Source: Nitrospinales bacterium (lineage in GTDB: Bacteria; Nitrospinota; Nitrospinia; Nitrospinales; VA-1). From it: 64,000 nt of DNA. This document shows, piece by piece, positions 52,694-62,374 of the stretch. The translations under genes were made by a program, and so were the position numbers. Below the pieces are notes generated by a model, which worked only from the letters and a program-made list of their open reading frames with translations, was not told the DNA's origin and did no database searches. The stretch spans positions 1,728,001 through 1,792,000 of the forward strand of contig CBDCWG010000012.1 of the NCBI GenBank assembly GCA_965223345.1, read 5' to 3'. How positions within the stretch are numbered: position 1 is the first letter of the stretch; the number at the start of each line of letters is the position of its first letter.

Positions 52694-53012
52694 GTTCGCT
52701 CCTTCTCGTCTTGGTGGCGTCTGCGCCGCGTTGCGTTTTGTCGCGACGATGGCTCGAGAGCCCAGCCGGGAAAAAGCTCAAGGCCCGAGTTTGTCACGGT
52801 TTCCGGGGTTTTCTGGTTGAGTGCTAAGATACCTTTCCCCGGGCGCAGAGACAACCCTTTTGCCGCCTCATTTCGATTTCGGAAATTCGGTGCGGGCATC
52901 GCGCTGCCGATAGGGACGGAAAAATCGCGCCGCCGGTCGTCCTGCACGCGGCAGGCGGCTTGGGTTATACTGAAAAAGCCTGTGCCTGAAAACTTTTCAA
53001 TGGGTTTGCCGC

Positions 53013-53741
53013 ATGCCGCTGATCGAGATGATCGCGATCTCCAAAGTCTACAAAAACGCCGACCTGGAAGTGCCGGTGCTGAAAGACGTGTCCCTCACCA
53101 TCGAGGAGGGGGAGTACGTCAGCATCATCGGGCCTTCGGGCGCGGGCAAGAGCACGCTGATGACGATCATGGGCTGCCTGGCGCTTCCGACCTCCGGGCT
53201 GTACATTCTCGATGGGGAGGAGGTGGAGCGGGTGAGCGACAAGGAGCTGTCCCGCATCCGCAACGAGAAGATCGGGTTCGTGTTCCAGGCGTTCCACCTG
53301 CTGCCGGGCGTCAAGGCGGTGGACAACGTGATGATGCCGCTGCTCTACAGCGACCGGGTTCCCGAGGACGCGCACGAACGCGCGGCGGCGGCGCTCACGC
53401 GGGTGGGGCTGGCGCACCGGCTCGACCACACGCCGGGCCAGCTTTCCGGTGGCGAGCAGCAGCGCGTGACCATCGCGCGCTCGCTCATCAACCGGCCCAA
53501 GATCATTTTAGCGGACGAGCCGACGGGCAACCTGGATTCGAAAAACGGCGCCGAGATCATGAAGACCTTCGACCAGCTCAACCGCGAGGGCACCACGGTG
53601 ATCCTCATCACGCACGAGGCGGATGTGGCGCAGCATGCCCGGCGCATCATCACCATCAAGGACGGACAGATCGAATCGGACCGCACGCATGCGACTGTTA
53701 CGCAATCTCAACCAAGCCCTGAGGGGACTGCGCTTCAATAA
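53013..53741 (+). CDS. ABC transporter ATP-binding protein (MacB/LolD type)
   Basis: [39 protein letters not shown]. Confidence 0.95.
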   Translation: MPLIEMIAISKVYKNADLEVPVLKDVSLTIEEGEYVSIIGPSGAGKSTLMTIMGCLALPTSGLYILDGEEVERVSDKELSRIRNEKIGFVFQAFHLLPGVKAVDNVMMPLLYSDRVPEDAHERAAAALTRVGLAHRLDHTPGQLSGGEQQRVTIARSLINRPKIILADEPTGNLDSKNGAEIMKTFDQLNREGTTVILITHEADVAQHARRIITIKDGQIESDRTHATVTQSQPSPEGTALQ

Positions 53742-54900
53742 AGCCAACACGCTGTTGATGACGCTCGGCATCGTCATCGGCATCGCTTCCCTGACGATCA
53801 TCGTCGCCATCGGCGAAGGCACCAAGGCGAGGGTGCTCAACCGCATCGCCAATCTCGGGTTCGGCCCCGATTCGTTTTCCGTGTATGCGGGGGCAGGGCG
53901 GCTGTTCTTCGGCAAGGCCAAAGCGCCGACCAGCCTGACGCTCCAGGATGCGGACGACATCCGCGCGCTTGCCGACGTGCGGCTGGCGGTGCCGCGCCAG
54001 CGCATCCGCACGCGCGTCAACTACCGCAAGCAGTTCACCGACACGCGCGTCTACGGCGCGACGCCGGAATGGCAGATCGCCCGCAGCTGGGCGGTTTCCG
54101 ACGGCGTGTTTTTCACAGACAAGGACATGGCCGGCAAGCGGCGCGTGATCGTGCTGGGTGCGACGCCGGCGAGAAAGCTGTTTCCCGGTCAGGACCCGAT
54201 CGGCAAGATGATCCGCATCCAGGGCATCTTTTTCAGGGTCATCGGCCTGCTGGAGGAAAAGGGGCTCACCGAAAGCGGCTACGACCCGGACGACCGGGGC
54301 ATCGTGCCGCTCACAACGTCGATGTCGCGCCTGCTCAACCAGACCCACCTGCACAGCATCAAGGTCATGACGCTCGATCCCCAACTGGTTCCGCAGACGA
54401 TGGAAAACATCCGCGCCCTCCTGCGCGAGAACCACAACCTGTCGCCGCTGGCGGAGGACGATTTCCGTTTCGTCACGCCGCAGGGCATCATGGAATGGGT
54501 GACCGAATCGAAGCAGGCTCTCAACCGCATGCTGATCCTCATCTCCACCGTGTCGCTCTTGGTGGGCGGCATCGTCATCATGAACATCCTGTTGGTCTCG
54601 ATCCGCGAACGGGTGCGGGAGATCGGCATCCGCCGCTGTTTCGGCGCGCGGCGTTCGGACATCACGCAGCAGTTTCTGTTTGAATCGGTGTTCGTTTCCC
54701 TGCTAGGCGGCGTGCTGGGGATCGCCCTGGGGCTGGGCCTGTCGCTGGCGCTCAAGCGGTTCGACATCCTGCCGACCCAGATCACCTGGCAACCGTTCGC
54801 CCTGGCGTTCGCATTCTCGACCCTCATCGGGCTCGTCTTCGGCATCCAGCCGGCGCGCAAAGCCGCGCAACTGAGCCCCGAGGAAACCCTGCGCGGATGA
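53689..54900 (+). CDS. ABC transporter permease (MacB/FtsX family), copy 1
   Basis: [10 protein letters not shown], periplasmic domain, [35 protein letters not shown]; start ATG 53689. Confidence 0.92.
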   Translation: MRLLRNLNQALRGLRFNKANTLLMTLGIVIGIASLTIIVAIGEGTKARVLNRIANLGFGPDSFSVYAGAGRLFFGKAKAPTSLTLQDADDIRALADVRLAVPRQRIRTRVNYRKQFTDTRVYGATPEWQIARSWAVSDGVFFTDKDMAGKRRVIVLGATPARKLFPGQDPIGKMIRIQGIFFRVIGLLEEKGLTESGYDPDDRGIVPLTTSMSRLLNQTHLHSIKVMTLDPQLVPQTMENIRALLRENHNLSPLAEDDFRFVTPQGIMEWVTESKQALNRMLILISTVSLLVGGIVIMNILLVSIRERVREIGIRRCFGARRSDITQQFLFESVFVSLLGGVLGIALGLGLSLALKRFDILPTQITWQPFALAFAFSTLIGLVFGIQPARKAAQLSPEETLRG

Positions 54901-54914
54901 AAACAAAGGCGAGT

Positions 54915-55102
54915 GGACAGGATGAACAGGGTAAATACGAAAAACACTCTCGCGCAAAGGCGCGAAGAAAAACGAAAGCATGGGACAGGATAACAAGATA
55001 AAAAAAGAGATCACCGCAAAGACGCAAAGAGCGCAAAGCCCCCCTCAGGGGGGAGAGGAAAAAACCAACGATCTGTCACCCTGAGCTTGTCGAAGGGTGA
55101 CA
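54915..55102 (+). repeat. Intergenic mosaic of short repeats (families A and B, plus two palindromes)
   Basis: A at 54915-54934 and 54983-55001; B at 54949-54967 and 55011-55038; CCCCCC-TCA-GGGGGG at 55039-55053; TGTCACCCT-GAGCTTGTCGA-AGGGTGACA at 55074-55102. Confidence 0.8.
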
Positions 55103-55135
55103 CACAAATTTTCTGCAGCGAGTTTTTATAAATCA

Positions 55136-56356
55136 ATGAAACTCACCACCTCCATCGAAATCGCGGTGATGGCGCTCAAGGTGCAGAAGAGCCGCACGTT
55201 TCTGGCTTCGCTGGGCGTGATGATCGGCATCGCGTCGGTGATCGTCATGGTGGCCATCGGCAAGGGCTCGCAGCAGGAAGTGATGCAGGTGATCGCGCGC
55301 ATGGGGGAAAACCTCATCACCGTCAACGCCGGAGAGATGAAGCGGCGCGGCGGCCGGCTGCGGCTGACGGGCAACGTGACCACGCTGACTCTGAAGGATG
55401 TGGCGGCGATCCGCAGCGAGGTGAACGGTGTGACGAAAGCCGCACCGTTTCAGTCCCAGCAGATGCCGGTGAAATTCGGCAACCTCGCCTCGGAAACGCT
55501 GGTGTCCGGCTCCACGCCGGATTTCCTCGACATCCGCAATTACCGCATCGCGCGCGGCGAGGCGTTCACGGAGGAGGACTCGCGGCTCACCCGCCGGGTG
55601 GCCATCCTCGGGGAGACCACGGTCAAAAACATCTTCGGCGAAGAAGACCCGCTGGGGCAGACGGTGAGGATCCACTTCATTCCCTTCACCGTCGTCGGCG
55701 TGTTTGAGCCGAAGGGGCTCGACACCAACGGCACCGACCAGGACGACATCCTGCTCATCCCGATCCGCACCATGATGCGGCGCATCCTCAACCAGACGCA
55801 CATCGACACGCTGTACGTGCAAGCGGAATCGCGCCAGGCGATGGGTAAGGCCATCGCGGGCATCCGCGAGGTGCTTAGAAGGCAACACCGGCTGGTGGGC
55901 GACAGGGAGGACGATTTCACCATCGTCAGCCAGCTTGAGATGGAAGAACTGAAACGGGAGACCACCGAGCTGTTCACGCGGCTGATCGTCGGGGTGGCGG
56001 CGATTTCACTGGTGGTCGGCGGCATCGGGATCCTTGCGGTCATGCTGATCTCGGTGAAAGAGCGCACGCGGGAAATCGGCATCCGCCGTGCGGTGGGGGC
56101 GACGCGCGGCAATATCGTGCGGCAGTTTCTGTTGGAATCGGTGGCGATCGCGGTTCTGGGGGGCGGCGTCGGGGTGCTGTCGGGGGTCGGCATCACGCTG
56201 GGGCTCAGCCACTGGGGGCCCTGGAACCTGGTGCTGGATACGTTCTGGATGCTGCTGGCGTTCGGGATCTGCGTGCTGATCGGCATGCTGTTCGGCATCG
56301 CGCCGGCGATCAAGGCGTCGCGGCTCGACCCGATGCAGGCCCTCACCGTCGAATGA
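55136..56356 (+). CDS. ABC transporter permease (MacB/FtsX family), copy 2
   Basis: LGVMIGIASV, VGGIGILAVMLISVKERTREIGIR, QFLLES, PAIKASRLDP; start ATG 55136. Confidence 0.92.
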   Translation: MKLTTSIEIAVMALKVQKSRTFLASLGVMIGIASVIVMVAIGKGSQQEVMQVIARMGENLITVNAGEMKRRGGRLRLTGNVTTLTLKDVAAIRSEVNGVTKAAPFQSQQMPVKFGNLASETLVSGSTPDFLDIRNYRIARGEAFTEEDSRLTRRVAILGETTVKNIFGEEDPLGQTVRIHFIPFTVVGVFEPKGLDTNGTDQDDILLIPIRTMMRRILNQTHIDTLYVQAESRQAMGKAIAGIREVLRRQHRLVGDREDDFTIVSQLEMEELKRETTELFTRLIVGVAAISLVVGGIGILAVMLISVKERTREIGIRRAVGATRGNIVRQFLLESVAIAVLGGGVGVLSGVGITLGLSHWGPWNLVLDTFWMLLAFGICVLIGMLFGIAPAIKASRLDPMQALTVE

Positions 56357-56384
56357 TTTGTTGACCCCGCCGGTTGCATGCAGG

Positions 56385-56418
56385 AAAAAAAAGCCCTTCC
56401 CCCAGAGGGGGAAGGGCT
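56385..56418 (-). terminator. Rho-independent terminator for the minus-strand gene ending at 56444 (possibly bidirectional)
   Basis: AGCCCTTCCCCC-AGA-GGGGGAAGGGCT 12-bp stem preceded by A8, which is a U-tract on the minus strand. Confidence 0.8.
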
Positions 56419-56443
56419 GTTGCGCTCGTTTTGATTTTTTAAC

Positions 56444-56920
56444 TTAGAATCCCAAACCGCCGTGGTTGGCGGCCACCATACAGACCAGCATGGGCAGCGA
56501 CAGCCAGGCGTTGGTGCGGCTGGCGAGAAACGCATGACGCTTTGCTTTCGCCAACGCATCGCCTTCCAGTTCGCCGGCGATGATCTTTTTCTGGTTGGGC
56601 CAGATGATGAACCAGACGTTGGCGGCCATGATGAGTCCCAACAGCATGCCCACCATGATGATGCCGCTGGGGATGCCTTCCACCACGCCGCGGCCCGCGA
56701 TGTAGTAAGCGATGCCGGTGATCACCGTCCACAATGCCGCATGCCGGAACAGAAACAGCGCCCTCGGAAGAATGATTTGGGTGTAGGGTTTGGCCGCGCC
56801 CGCTTCGGTCATTTTGGGCATGGACTGAACCTGAACCAGATTGAAGAAATACAGCAGACCGATCCATAAAATCCCGAACAGTACGTGAAGAAATTCGTAT
56901 ACCCACATAGTGTTTCCCAT
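56444..56920 (-). CDS. Membrane protein of the PuuD (urate hydroxylase) N-terminal domain family, short form
   Basis: HVLFGILWIGLLYFFN.VQ, IMAANVWFIIWPNQKKI, ASRTN.WLS.PM; no CxxCH cytochrome c domain. Confidence 0.75.
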   Translation of the reverse strand: MGNTMWVYEFLHVLFGILWIGLLYFFNLVQVQSMPKMTEAGAAKPYTQIILPRALFLFRHAALWTVITGIAYYIAGRGVVEGIPSGIIMVGMLLGLIMAANVWFIIWPNQKKIIAGELEGDALAKAKRHAFLASRTNAWLSLPMLVCMVAANHGGLGF

Positions 56921-57152
56921 GCCTTTCTAAAAAATGGTTAATTTTCGTTTCCGATCCGCGAATACGTTGTCGATGGGGGAAGCTATCAATCAATCGTTTC
57001 AGGCAATCTGGATAAAAATTGGATGACGCAAACCAATCAAGGATTCAGCAATTATTAAATTTTTTTCATTTTACTGCACATTCGCCCGGAAGGCCAATTT
57101 TTTGAACCGCTTCAAAAAACGCGGGCGTGCTTGCCGCGCGCCGCCGGACTGA

Positions 57153-57494
57153 TTACTTCAAGAGGAGAAAATACAACAAGACGCTGAGCGTGGCGATGTT
57201 CAAAACCAGGAGAAACAGCGTCCATCCGAACGCTGTCGGGCGCGGCGCAGCCTGCGGGGTCGGGGGGGTGCCGACCTGCTGCGGTTTCAGAGCGGCGATG
57301 GTTTCTTCCAGGGCCTCGTTTTTTCGGGTGAGTGCGGCGTTTTGCGCCGCAAGCGTTTCGATTTTGTCCTTGAGCTTAAGCCGTTCCACCTTGAGCCGTT
57401 TCGACTTTTCGATTTCCCGCTTGAGCGCTTCTTCGGGGCCCAGGGTGACGCCGTCGTCATCCATCGGATCGTTCCATGTGTCTTCCGGTTCCAT
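57153..57494 (-). CDS. Hypothetical coiled-coil protein with C-terminal TM anchor
   Basis: Heptad-rich middle, Pro-rich linker, hydrophobic C-terminus. Confidence 0.65.
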   Translation of the reverse strand: MEPEDTWNDPMDDDGVTLGPEEALKREIEKSKRLKVERLKLKDKIETLAAQNAALTRKNEALEETIAALKPQQVGTPPTPQAAPRPTAFGWTLFLLVLNIATLSVLLYFLLLK

Positions 57495-57589
57495 GCCCGC
57501 ATGATAGGTCTTTTGCCGCGGCTGCGAAAGCGAAAAGCGGGGTGAGCCGGAGGTCGTAGAAATGTGCGCGTTCGGGCGTGTGGGGGGAA

Positions 57590-58531
57590 TCAGGCCAGGA
57601 CTTTCTGGAAGCGGTCGCTGGCTTCCTGCAGCCTGTCGAGATGCTGATGCGACAGAACCAGCTCGCCTGCAGGAGCGAAATCCTCGACCTGCTCGGCTTT
57701 GCGCGATCCGACGATGGCGGTGAGGATGTTCTCCTGCGCCAGCACCCAGGCCAGCGCCACCTCGATGGGATTGCGGCTCAACTCGGAGGCGATTTCGCGC
57801 ACCGTTTCATAGACTTCGAGCGCCGGGGCGTGCAGCGGTTCGTTGTAATACTTGTTGTGCCTGCGCGCCGGAAAATCGAGGGCCTCGCGGCTCAGGCGTC
57901 CGGCCAAAAGACCCTGGGCGGTGGGGGAAAACGCCATGTAACCCACACCCGCCTTTTGGCAGAGGGCGCGGGTTTCGCCTTCGTATCTGCGTTCCAGCAG
58001 GCTGTACGGCACCTGATTGACCGAATAGGTTTCGATCCCGTCTCCCAGCAGTTTGAGGTCTTCCGCGTGGAAGTTGGAGAGCCCGACGGTTTTGGCCTTG
58101 CCGATCTCTTTAAGCCTTTGCATGCATTCGGTGAGGCGGGCGCTTTTTTCGGCGGTGGCGAAGTAGTTGCCCGGCCAGTGGATGAGGTAGACGTCCACGT
58201 AGTCGCGCCCGAGCGCGCGCAGCGTGTCGTCCATGTGTTTTTCGTAGCTTTCCGGCGAGAGGGCGGCGTCGGGCCAGATTTTGGAGATGATGATGACGTC
58301 GTCTTTTTTGCGTCCCAGCGCCTTGCCGAGCCGGCGTTCCGACTCCCCGTCGCCGTAGCCCTCGGCGGTGTCGAAAGCGGTGATGCCGCAGTCGAGGGCG
58401 GCTTTCACGACGGCGTCCGCTTCGGCCGGCGAGCAGACGTCTCCCCAGCCTTCGCTCGGGGCGATCTGCCAGCAGCCGAAGGTGAGCGCGCTCCAGGGTT
58501 TGTCCACGCCGGGACAGGTTTTGTGCTGCAT
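57590..58531 (-). CDS. Aldo/keto reductase
   Basis: FDTAEGYGDGESE, ISK, DVYLIHWP, GLSNF, QVPYSLL, FSPTAQGLL, ALAWVL. Confidence 0.93.
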   Translation of the reverse strand: MQHKTCPGVDKPWSALTFGCWQIAPSEGWGDVCSPAEADAVVKAALDCGITAFDTAEGYGDGESERRLGKALGRKKDDVIIISKIWPDAALSPESYEKHMDDTLRALGRDYVDVYLIHWPGNYFATAEKSARLTECMQRLKEIGKAKTVGLSNFHAEDLKLLGDGIETYSVNQVPYSLLERRYEGETRALCQKAGVGYMAFSPTAQGLLAGRLSREALDFPARRHNKYYNEPLHAPALEVYETVREIASELSRNPIEVALAWVLAQENILTAIVGSRKAEQVEDFAPAGELVLSHQHLDRLQEASDRFQKVLA

Positions 58532-58532
58532 G

Positions 58533-58850
58533 CTACCTCATGATGAAGGTGATGCGTCTGCGGTGAACCCTGCCCGGTGCGTCCCGCTGAAACGGAGTGT
58601 CGTCCGAGGCGTCTTCCCATTCAATGGGACGGGCCTGGTCTTTGAGCTTCCAGATGCGGTAACTCATCACGAGGGCGGAAACCCCTGCGAAAAGAATGAA
58701 AAACGCGATGATGAACGCGATCAGCGTCGGGAATGCGAATATCAGCACGGCCAGGGTCGTCAAAAAGGCGCCGATTAGAAACACGCCTTTTCTCAAGGAC
58801 TTATAACCCTGATCGATGATGTCGTCGGAATAACCCCAGTTCTGGTTCAT
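58533..58850 (-). CDS. Hypothetical 2-TM membrane protein
   Basis: AAGGAG RBS before ATG 58850; two hydrophobic segments. Confidence 0.65.
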   Translation of the reverse strand: MNQNWGYSDDIIDQGYKSLRKGVFLIGAFLTTLAVLIFAFPTLIAFIIAFFILFAGVSALVMSYRIWKLKDQARPIEWEDASDDTPFQRDAPGRVHRRRITFIMR

Positions 58851-58913
58851 AACGGCTCCTTTCTGAAATGCGATGGGCCTTCCGCTAATATATGGGATCG
58901 GGATCGGCATTTG

Positions 58914-59525
58914 TCAAGCCTTGCGGCGCGGCGACCGCTTGCGCATCAGGGCGGGGATTTTCCTGAAATCGCGTTTTTGCAGGGGCAGGGGACGCCGCCA
59001 GTTGGTGACGCGCGGGCTGGGGTGAAACAGCGGCAGCCAGGTGAAAGAGCCGGTCTCCACCGGTTTGCAGACCGCTTGGGAAAAATCCAGTTTGGTGCTC
59101 AAAAGCCGGTTGAGGCTCTGAAATCCCACGCGTCCGAGCGAGACCACCACCCCGGGTTCGAGGATCTCCAGCACCGCCGTCAAAAACGGCGCGCAGTTTT
59201 TCAGCTCGCTCGCGGTCGGCGGGCGGTTGCTGCCGTTATTGAGCGGGTTGCACAGGGCGGCGTTGGTGATGAACACGTCGCGGCGGGTGAGGCCGGCGTG
59301 TGCGAGCAGCGTCTCGAAGTTTTCCCCGGATTTGTCGCCGGAAAACGGGATGCCGGTGCGGCCGGCGCCCAGGCGTCCCGGCGCTTCGGCGACAAAAACG
59401 ATCCTGGCGTCGAGCGGGCCGTTCTGCGCGCCCAGCACCGCAGGCTGATCCGCCATGCGCGGGCAAAGGCGGCAGGCGGCGGCCTTGGCCGTCAAGACGT
59501 CGAATCGCTGTTGGCGTGGGGACAT
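58914..59525 (-). CDS. Uracil-DNA glycosylase, family 4-like (Fe-S)
   Basis: C..C (CRLCP), VAEAPG, TGIPFSG, TNAALCNP, NRPP..E..NC, PLFHPSP; start set at ATG 59525. Confidence 0.88.
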   Translation of the reverse strand: MSPRQQRFDVLTAKAAACRLCPRMADQPAVLGAQNGPLDARIVFVAEAPGRLGAGRTGIPFSGDKSGENFETLLAHAGLTRRDVFITNAALCNPLNNGSNRPPTASELKNCAPFLTAVLEILEPGVVVSLGRVGFQSLNRLLSTKLDFSQAVCKPVETGSFTWLPLFHPSPRVTNWRRPLPLQKRDFRKIPALMRKRSPRRKA

Positions 59526-59532
59526 GAGCCGG

Positions 59533-59649
59533 TCAGGAGGGATCTTTCGGGCTTTCATCCTCTTCCTCGTCATCGTCGCTGGCGCGGCAGATGACGAAAA
59601 AGCCGATGATGAGCAACACGCTTGCGATCAGAGTGAGAAAGATGTCCAT
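59533..59649 (-). CDS. Small single-TM protein with acidic tail (38 aa; below the ORF-track cutoff)
   Basis: Manual translation MDIFLTLIASVLLIIGFFVICRASDDDEEEDESPKDPS*; GGGTGA upstream; fills the gap between co-directional genes. Confidence 0.6.
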   Translation of the reverse strand: MDIFLTLIASVLLIIGFFVICRASDDDEEEDESPKDPS

Positions 59650-59691
59650 GGAAATTCACCCGTCAACCGGCGGCGGAGCGTTCAGGCCGGC

Positions 59692-60099
59692 TCAAAACGG
59701 TTTGATGGTCGCCAGATAAATCATGCACGCGCCGACGATGAAAATGGCGATGTGCACCATCATCGCATATTTTTTCGGCAGCGCGTCTTTCGGGATCTGC
59801 ATGCCGTTGAGAAAACCCAGCCCGATCAGCAGCAGCAACAGCACCATCTTCACTTTGATCCAGTCGAACTCCTTGAAGACGCCGGTGGTTTTCGCCAGAT
59901 AGATGCCGGAAAAGATGGTGACGGCGAGGATGGGGTAATAGATGAATTTGTGGATGCGGGCCTGGGTTTTTTTCAACCCCGCCACCTCGCCGTCGTTTTT
60001 CAGGCGCAGCCGGAACACGACGGTGAGCGATTGCAGGAACAGGGTGCCGATCACCAGACACATGGAAATCATGTGCAGTGTGAGAAAAAAGTTTTTCAT
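59692..60099 (-). CDS. 4-TM membrane protein (DUF2269/SirB-like)
   Basis: LHMIS, FSGIYL, WIKVK, YLATIKPF; start ATG 60099. Confidence 0.7.
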   Translation of the reverse strand: MKNFFLTLHMISMCLVIGTLFLQSLTVVFRLRLKNDGEVAGLKKTQARIHKFIYYPILAVTIFSGIYLAKTTGVFKEFDWIKVKMVLLLLLIGLGFLNGMQIPKDALPKKYAMMVHIAIFIVGACMIYLATIKPF

Positions 60100-60124
60100 G
60101 GTCTTTGCGTGCGGTGTCTCCGGT

Positions 60125-60568
60125 TCATGGGGTGTCCTCAATCGCCTCGGCGTCGCGGTTCCAGTAGATGCGGCTGCTGATGATCAGCGCCGCGCCCACG
60201 GCGCAATAGATGCCCGCCACAACGAGATAGCCGCCGAGGTATTCGTTCCAGGTGCGCAGCAGGATGCCCAGGGCGATCATGCCGGCGATGAGTCCGTAAT
60301 AGGGCATGGAAAAGATGTGGTGCAGCCGGATGGGCGCGGGCAGGCCCTGGATCCGGGTCTTGTTGCGGCGCGCCGATTTGGACAGGACGAAGTGCCCCTT
60401 CGCCAGCCCGACGATGAGCCCGACCGCCAGGGACAGGACGACGGCGTTCTGGGTGGCGTTCTGCTGATCGACGGCGATCTGGTACATGAGCGCGCCGCGA
60501 AACAGCAGAAACGCGCCGATGAGGACCCACAGGCCGCCGGCGATGAGAATGAGGTTGTTTTTATTCAA
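60125..60568 (-). CDS. Hypothetical membrane protein
   Basis: Four TM segments; AGGLW..IG, K.HFV..K.A.RN..RI, MIALGILLR. Confidence 0.7.
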   Translation of the reverse strand: MNKNNLILIAGGLWVLIGAFLLFRGALMYQIAVDQQNATQNAVVLSLAVGLIVGLAKGHFVLSKSARRNKTRIQGLPAPIRLHHIFSMPYYGLIAGMIALGILLRTWNEYLGGYLVVAGIYCAVGAALIISSRIYWNRDAEAIEDTP

Positions 60569-60663
60569 GGGTTTGCCCGTCCGGATCGGATTTTGTGTTG
60601 TTTTTTGGATGTCGCGGATGCCTAAAAGATTTAAAAAACATACGTTTCACCTCGCCGCGCCGC

Positions 60664-61092
60664 TCAACGGCCGCCGCCGCGCACCGGACGGATGGCCATC
60701 CTGCCGCTTTTGCTTTTATACAGGGGGCGGAATTCTCCGTCGCGAAAATCGAAGATGAACCCTTCGTTGCCGGTGAAATCCTCGTGAATCCACACCGTCG
60801 GCAGCGGGCCGGGGGGAAACACCGGATCGAGGTGGATGTCCTTGCCGTATTTGTCCTGGTTTTTCGTGGCGCGGTCGAACAGGGTCTGCACTTCCTGCCG
60901 GGTGGGCAGGCGCCAGTCGTTGTGGCCGCAGAATTTGATGTTGCACAGATGGCGCGCGTGCTGCACCGCTTCGTCCCAGGTGACCCACACTTTTTCGCGC
61001 TGCCAGGAATCTTCTTTCGTCCAGGTCAGCCCCGTGGTGGGGTCGAATATGGAGCCGTCGTTGTTGTCCTCGAATCGGGAATCGCCGCTCAT
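60664..61092 (-). CDS. DUF1566 (Lcl C-terminal) domain protein
   Basis: RFEDNNDGSIFDPTTGLTW, TWDEA, GHNDWRLPT..E, IRPVRGG. Confidence 0.88.
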   Translation of the reverse strand: MSGDSRFEDNNDGSIFDPTTGLTWTKEDSWQREKVWVTWDEAVQHARHLCNIKFCGHNDWRLPTRQEVQTLFDRATKNQDKYGKDIHLDPVFPPGPLPTVWIHEDFTGNEGFIFDFRDGEFRPLYKSKSGRMAIRPVRGGGR

Positions 61093-61102
61093 TTTGAAAG
61101 TC

Positions 61103-62215
61103 TCATGCGGGTTGTGCGTCGGGCGCCACGCTGTCCAGAGGGATTTTTTCCAGCCGCTCTTTCAGGCTGTCCAGGTTGAACCGGGGCGGGTTCTTAAGTG
61201 CGTGGATATCGAGGCGGTTTTCGAAGGAACGGGTCAAAAGCCCGTTGGAGAACACCAGAAACGGCGTGGTCCAGAGGATCCGCTTCACGGTGGCGCGGGA
61301 GATCTTGACCGCCGCCCGGGACGAAAGCAGCACGGGATTGTTGTGCAGGACGGCGACGGTTTCCACGGCCATCCACAGGGGCCAGATGCAGAACAGCCGG
61401 ATCGAGGGATGCGTGCGCGGAATCGCCAGCGTGAAAGCCAGCGCGTCGCGCAGGTGGCCGGAGGTTTTGCGCAGCAGCGCTTCCAGGATCTGCAGGTTTT
61501 TCTCCTCGGACAGGCCGGCATGAAACTCTTCCACCGTGAGGCCCTGCTCGCGGATGAGCCCTTCGGGGATGTAGGACCAGCCGCGTTCCCGGTCCACCAC
61601 CACGTCCTTGGAGATATTGGTCATCTGCAGGCCGAGCCCGAACGAGACGGCGTTGCGGCGCATCGTCGCTGCGGCGGCTTCGGAAATGCCGGGCATCTCC
61701 AGCAGAAACAGGTTGCAGAGCATCTCGCCGACCGCGCCCGCCACGAAGTAGCAGTATTCCTCCAGCTCCTCTTCGCTTTTCAGGGGGACGAGGCTGCCGT
61801 GGTGGAAGCGCTTCTGAAAATAGGCCATGCCCACCGCCATCTGCGAAACCGACTGGACGATCGCGTCCTGATGGTTTTGCGGCAGCGAATCGAACACGCG
61901 GAACACCCGCTGGTTTTCGGCGATCAGATCCAGATCCTGCGGGCTGCCGTCCACCTGGCGGCAGTCGGCGATCCATCGTTCGAGCGTTTTTTCCCGGTGG
62001 GCGCGGTTCTGGATGAGGCGGGCAAACTCCAGCAGCAGCTGGATTTTGAGCTTGGGGTCGAGTTTGCCCGCGTCCTCGACGGTGTCGATGGTGCGGCAGA
62101 AAAGATAGGCGATCAGGACGCTGCGGTGCAGCTCCCCACGCAGGACGGCGATGTTCAGCGCGAACGTCCGGCTGACTTTGGGGAGGGTGTTCAGACAGTA
62201 TTTCCAGTCATCCAT
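61103..62215 (-). CDS. Squalene/phytoene synthase family (FDFT1-like squalene synthase)
   Basis: VSRTFA, YLFCRTIDTVED, YCYFVAGAVGE, GLGLQMTNISKD, FCIWP, VKISR. Confidence 0.9.
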   Translation of the reverse strand: MDDWKYCLNTLPKVSRTFALNIAVLRGELHRSVLIAYLFCRTIDTVEDAGKLDPKLKIQLLLEFARLIQNRAHREKTLERWIADCRQVDGSPQDLDLIAENQRVFRVFDSLPQNHQDAIVQSVSQMAVGMAYFQKRFHHGSLVPLKSEEELEEYCYFVAGAVGEMLCNLFLLEMPGISEAAAATMRRNAVSFGLGLQMTNISKDVVVDRERGWSYIPEGLIREQGLTVEEFHAGLSEEKNLQILEALLRKTSGHLRDALAFTLAIPRTHPSIRLFCIWPLWMAVETVAVLHNNPVLLSSRAAVKISRATVKRILWTTPFLVFSNGLLTRSFENRLDIHALKNPPRFNLDSLKERLEKIPLDSVAPDAQPA

Positions 62216-62374
62216 AGTGTTTCCCGATCGGAAAACGAACGCAGCGGGGCCGGCCGTTTGCGCCGGGGCGATCCCAAAGCGTTCAACTGTAAGGCGATCC
62301 CGTTATCTTAACACGTCACAAAAAGGAGGGAATCAAAAGTTTCGGCCGAGGGGACAGCCGGGGGCGGTCACCGG

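Noticed and set aside
52801..52827. GAGTGCTAA, the right half of a CIRCE (HrcA) operator
   Set aside because: No TTAGCACTC left half 9 nt upstream, and no chaperone gene adjacent.
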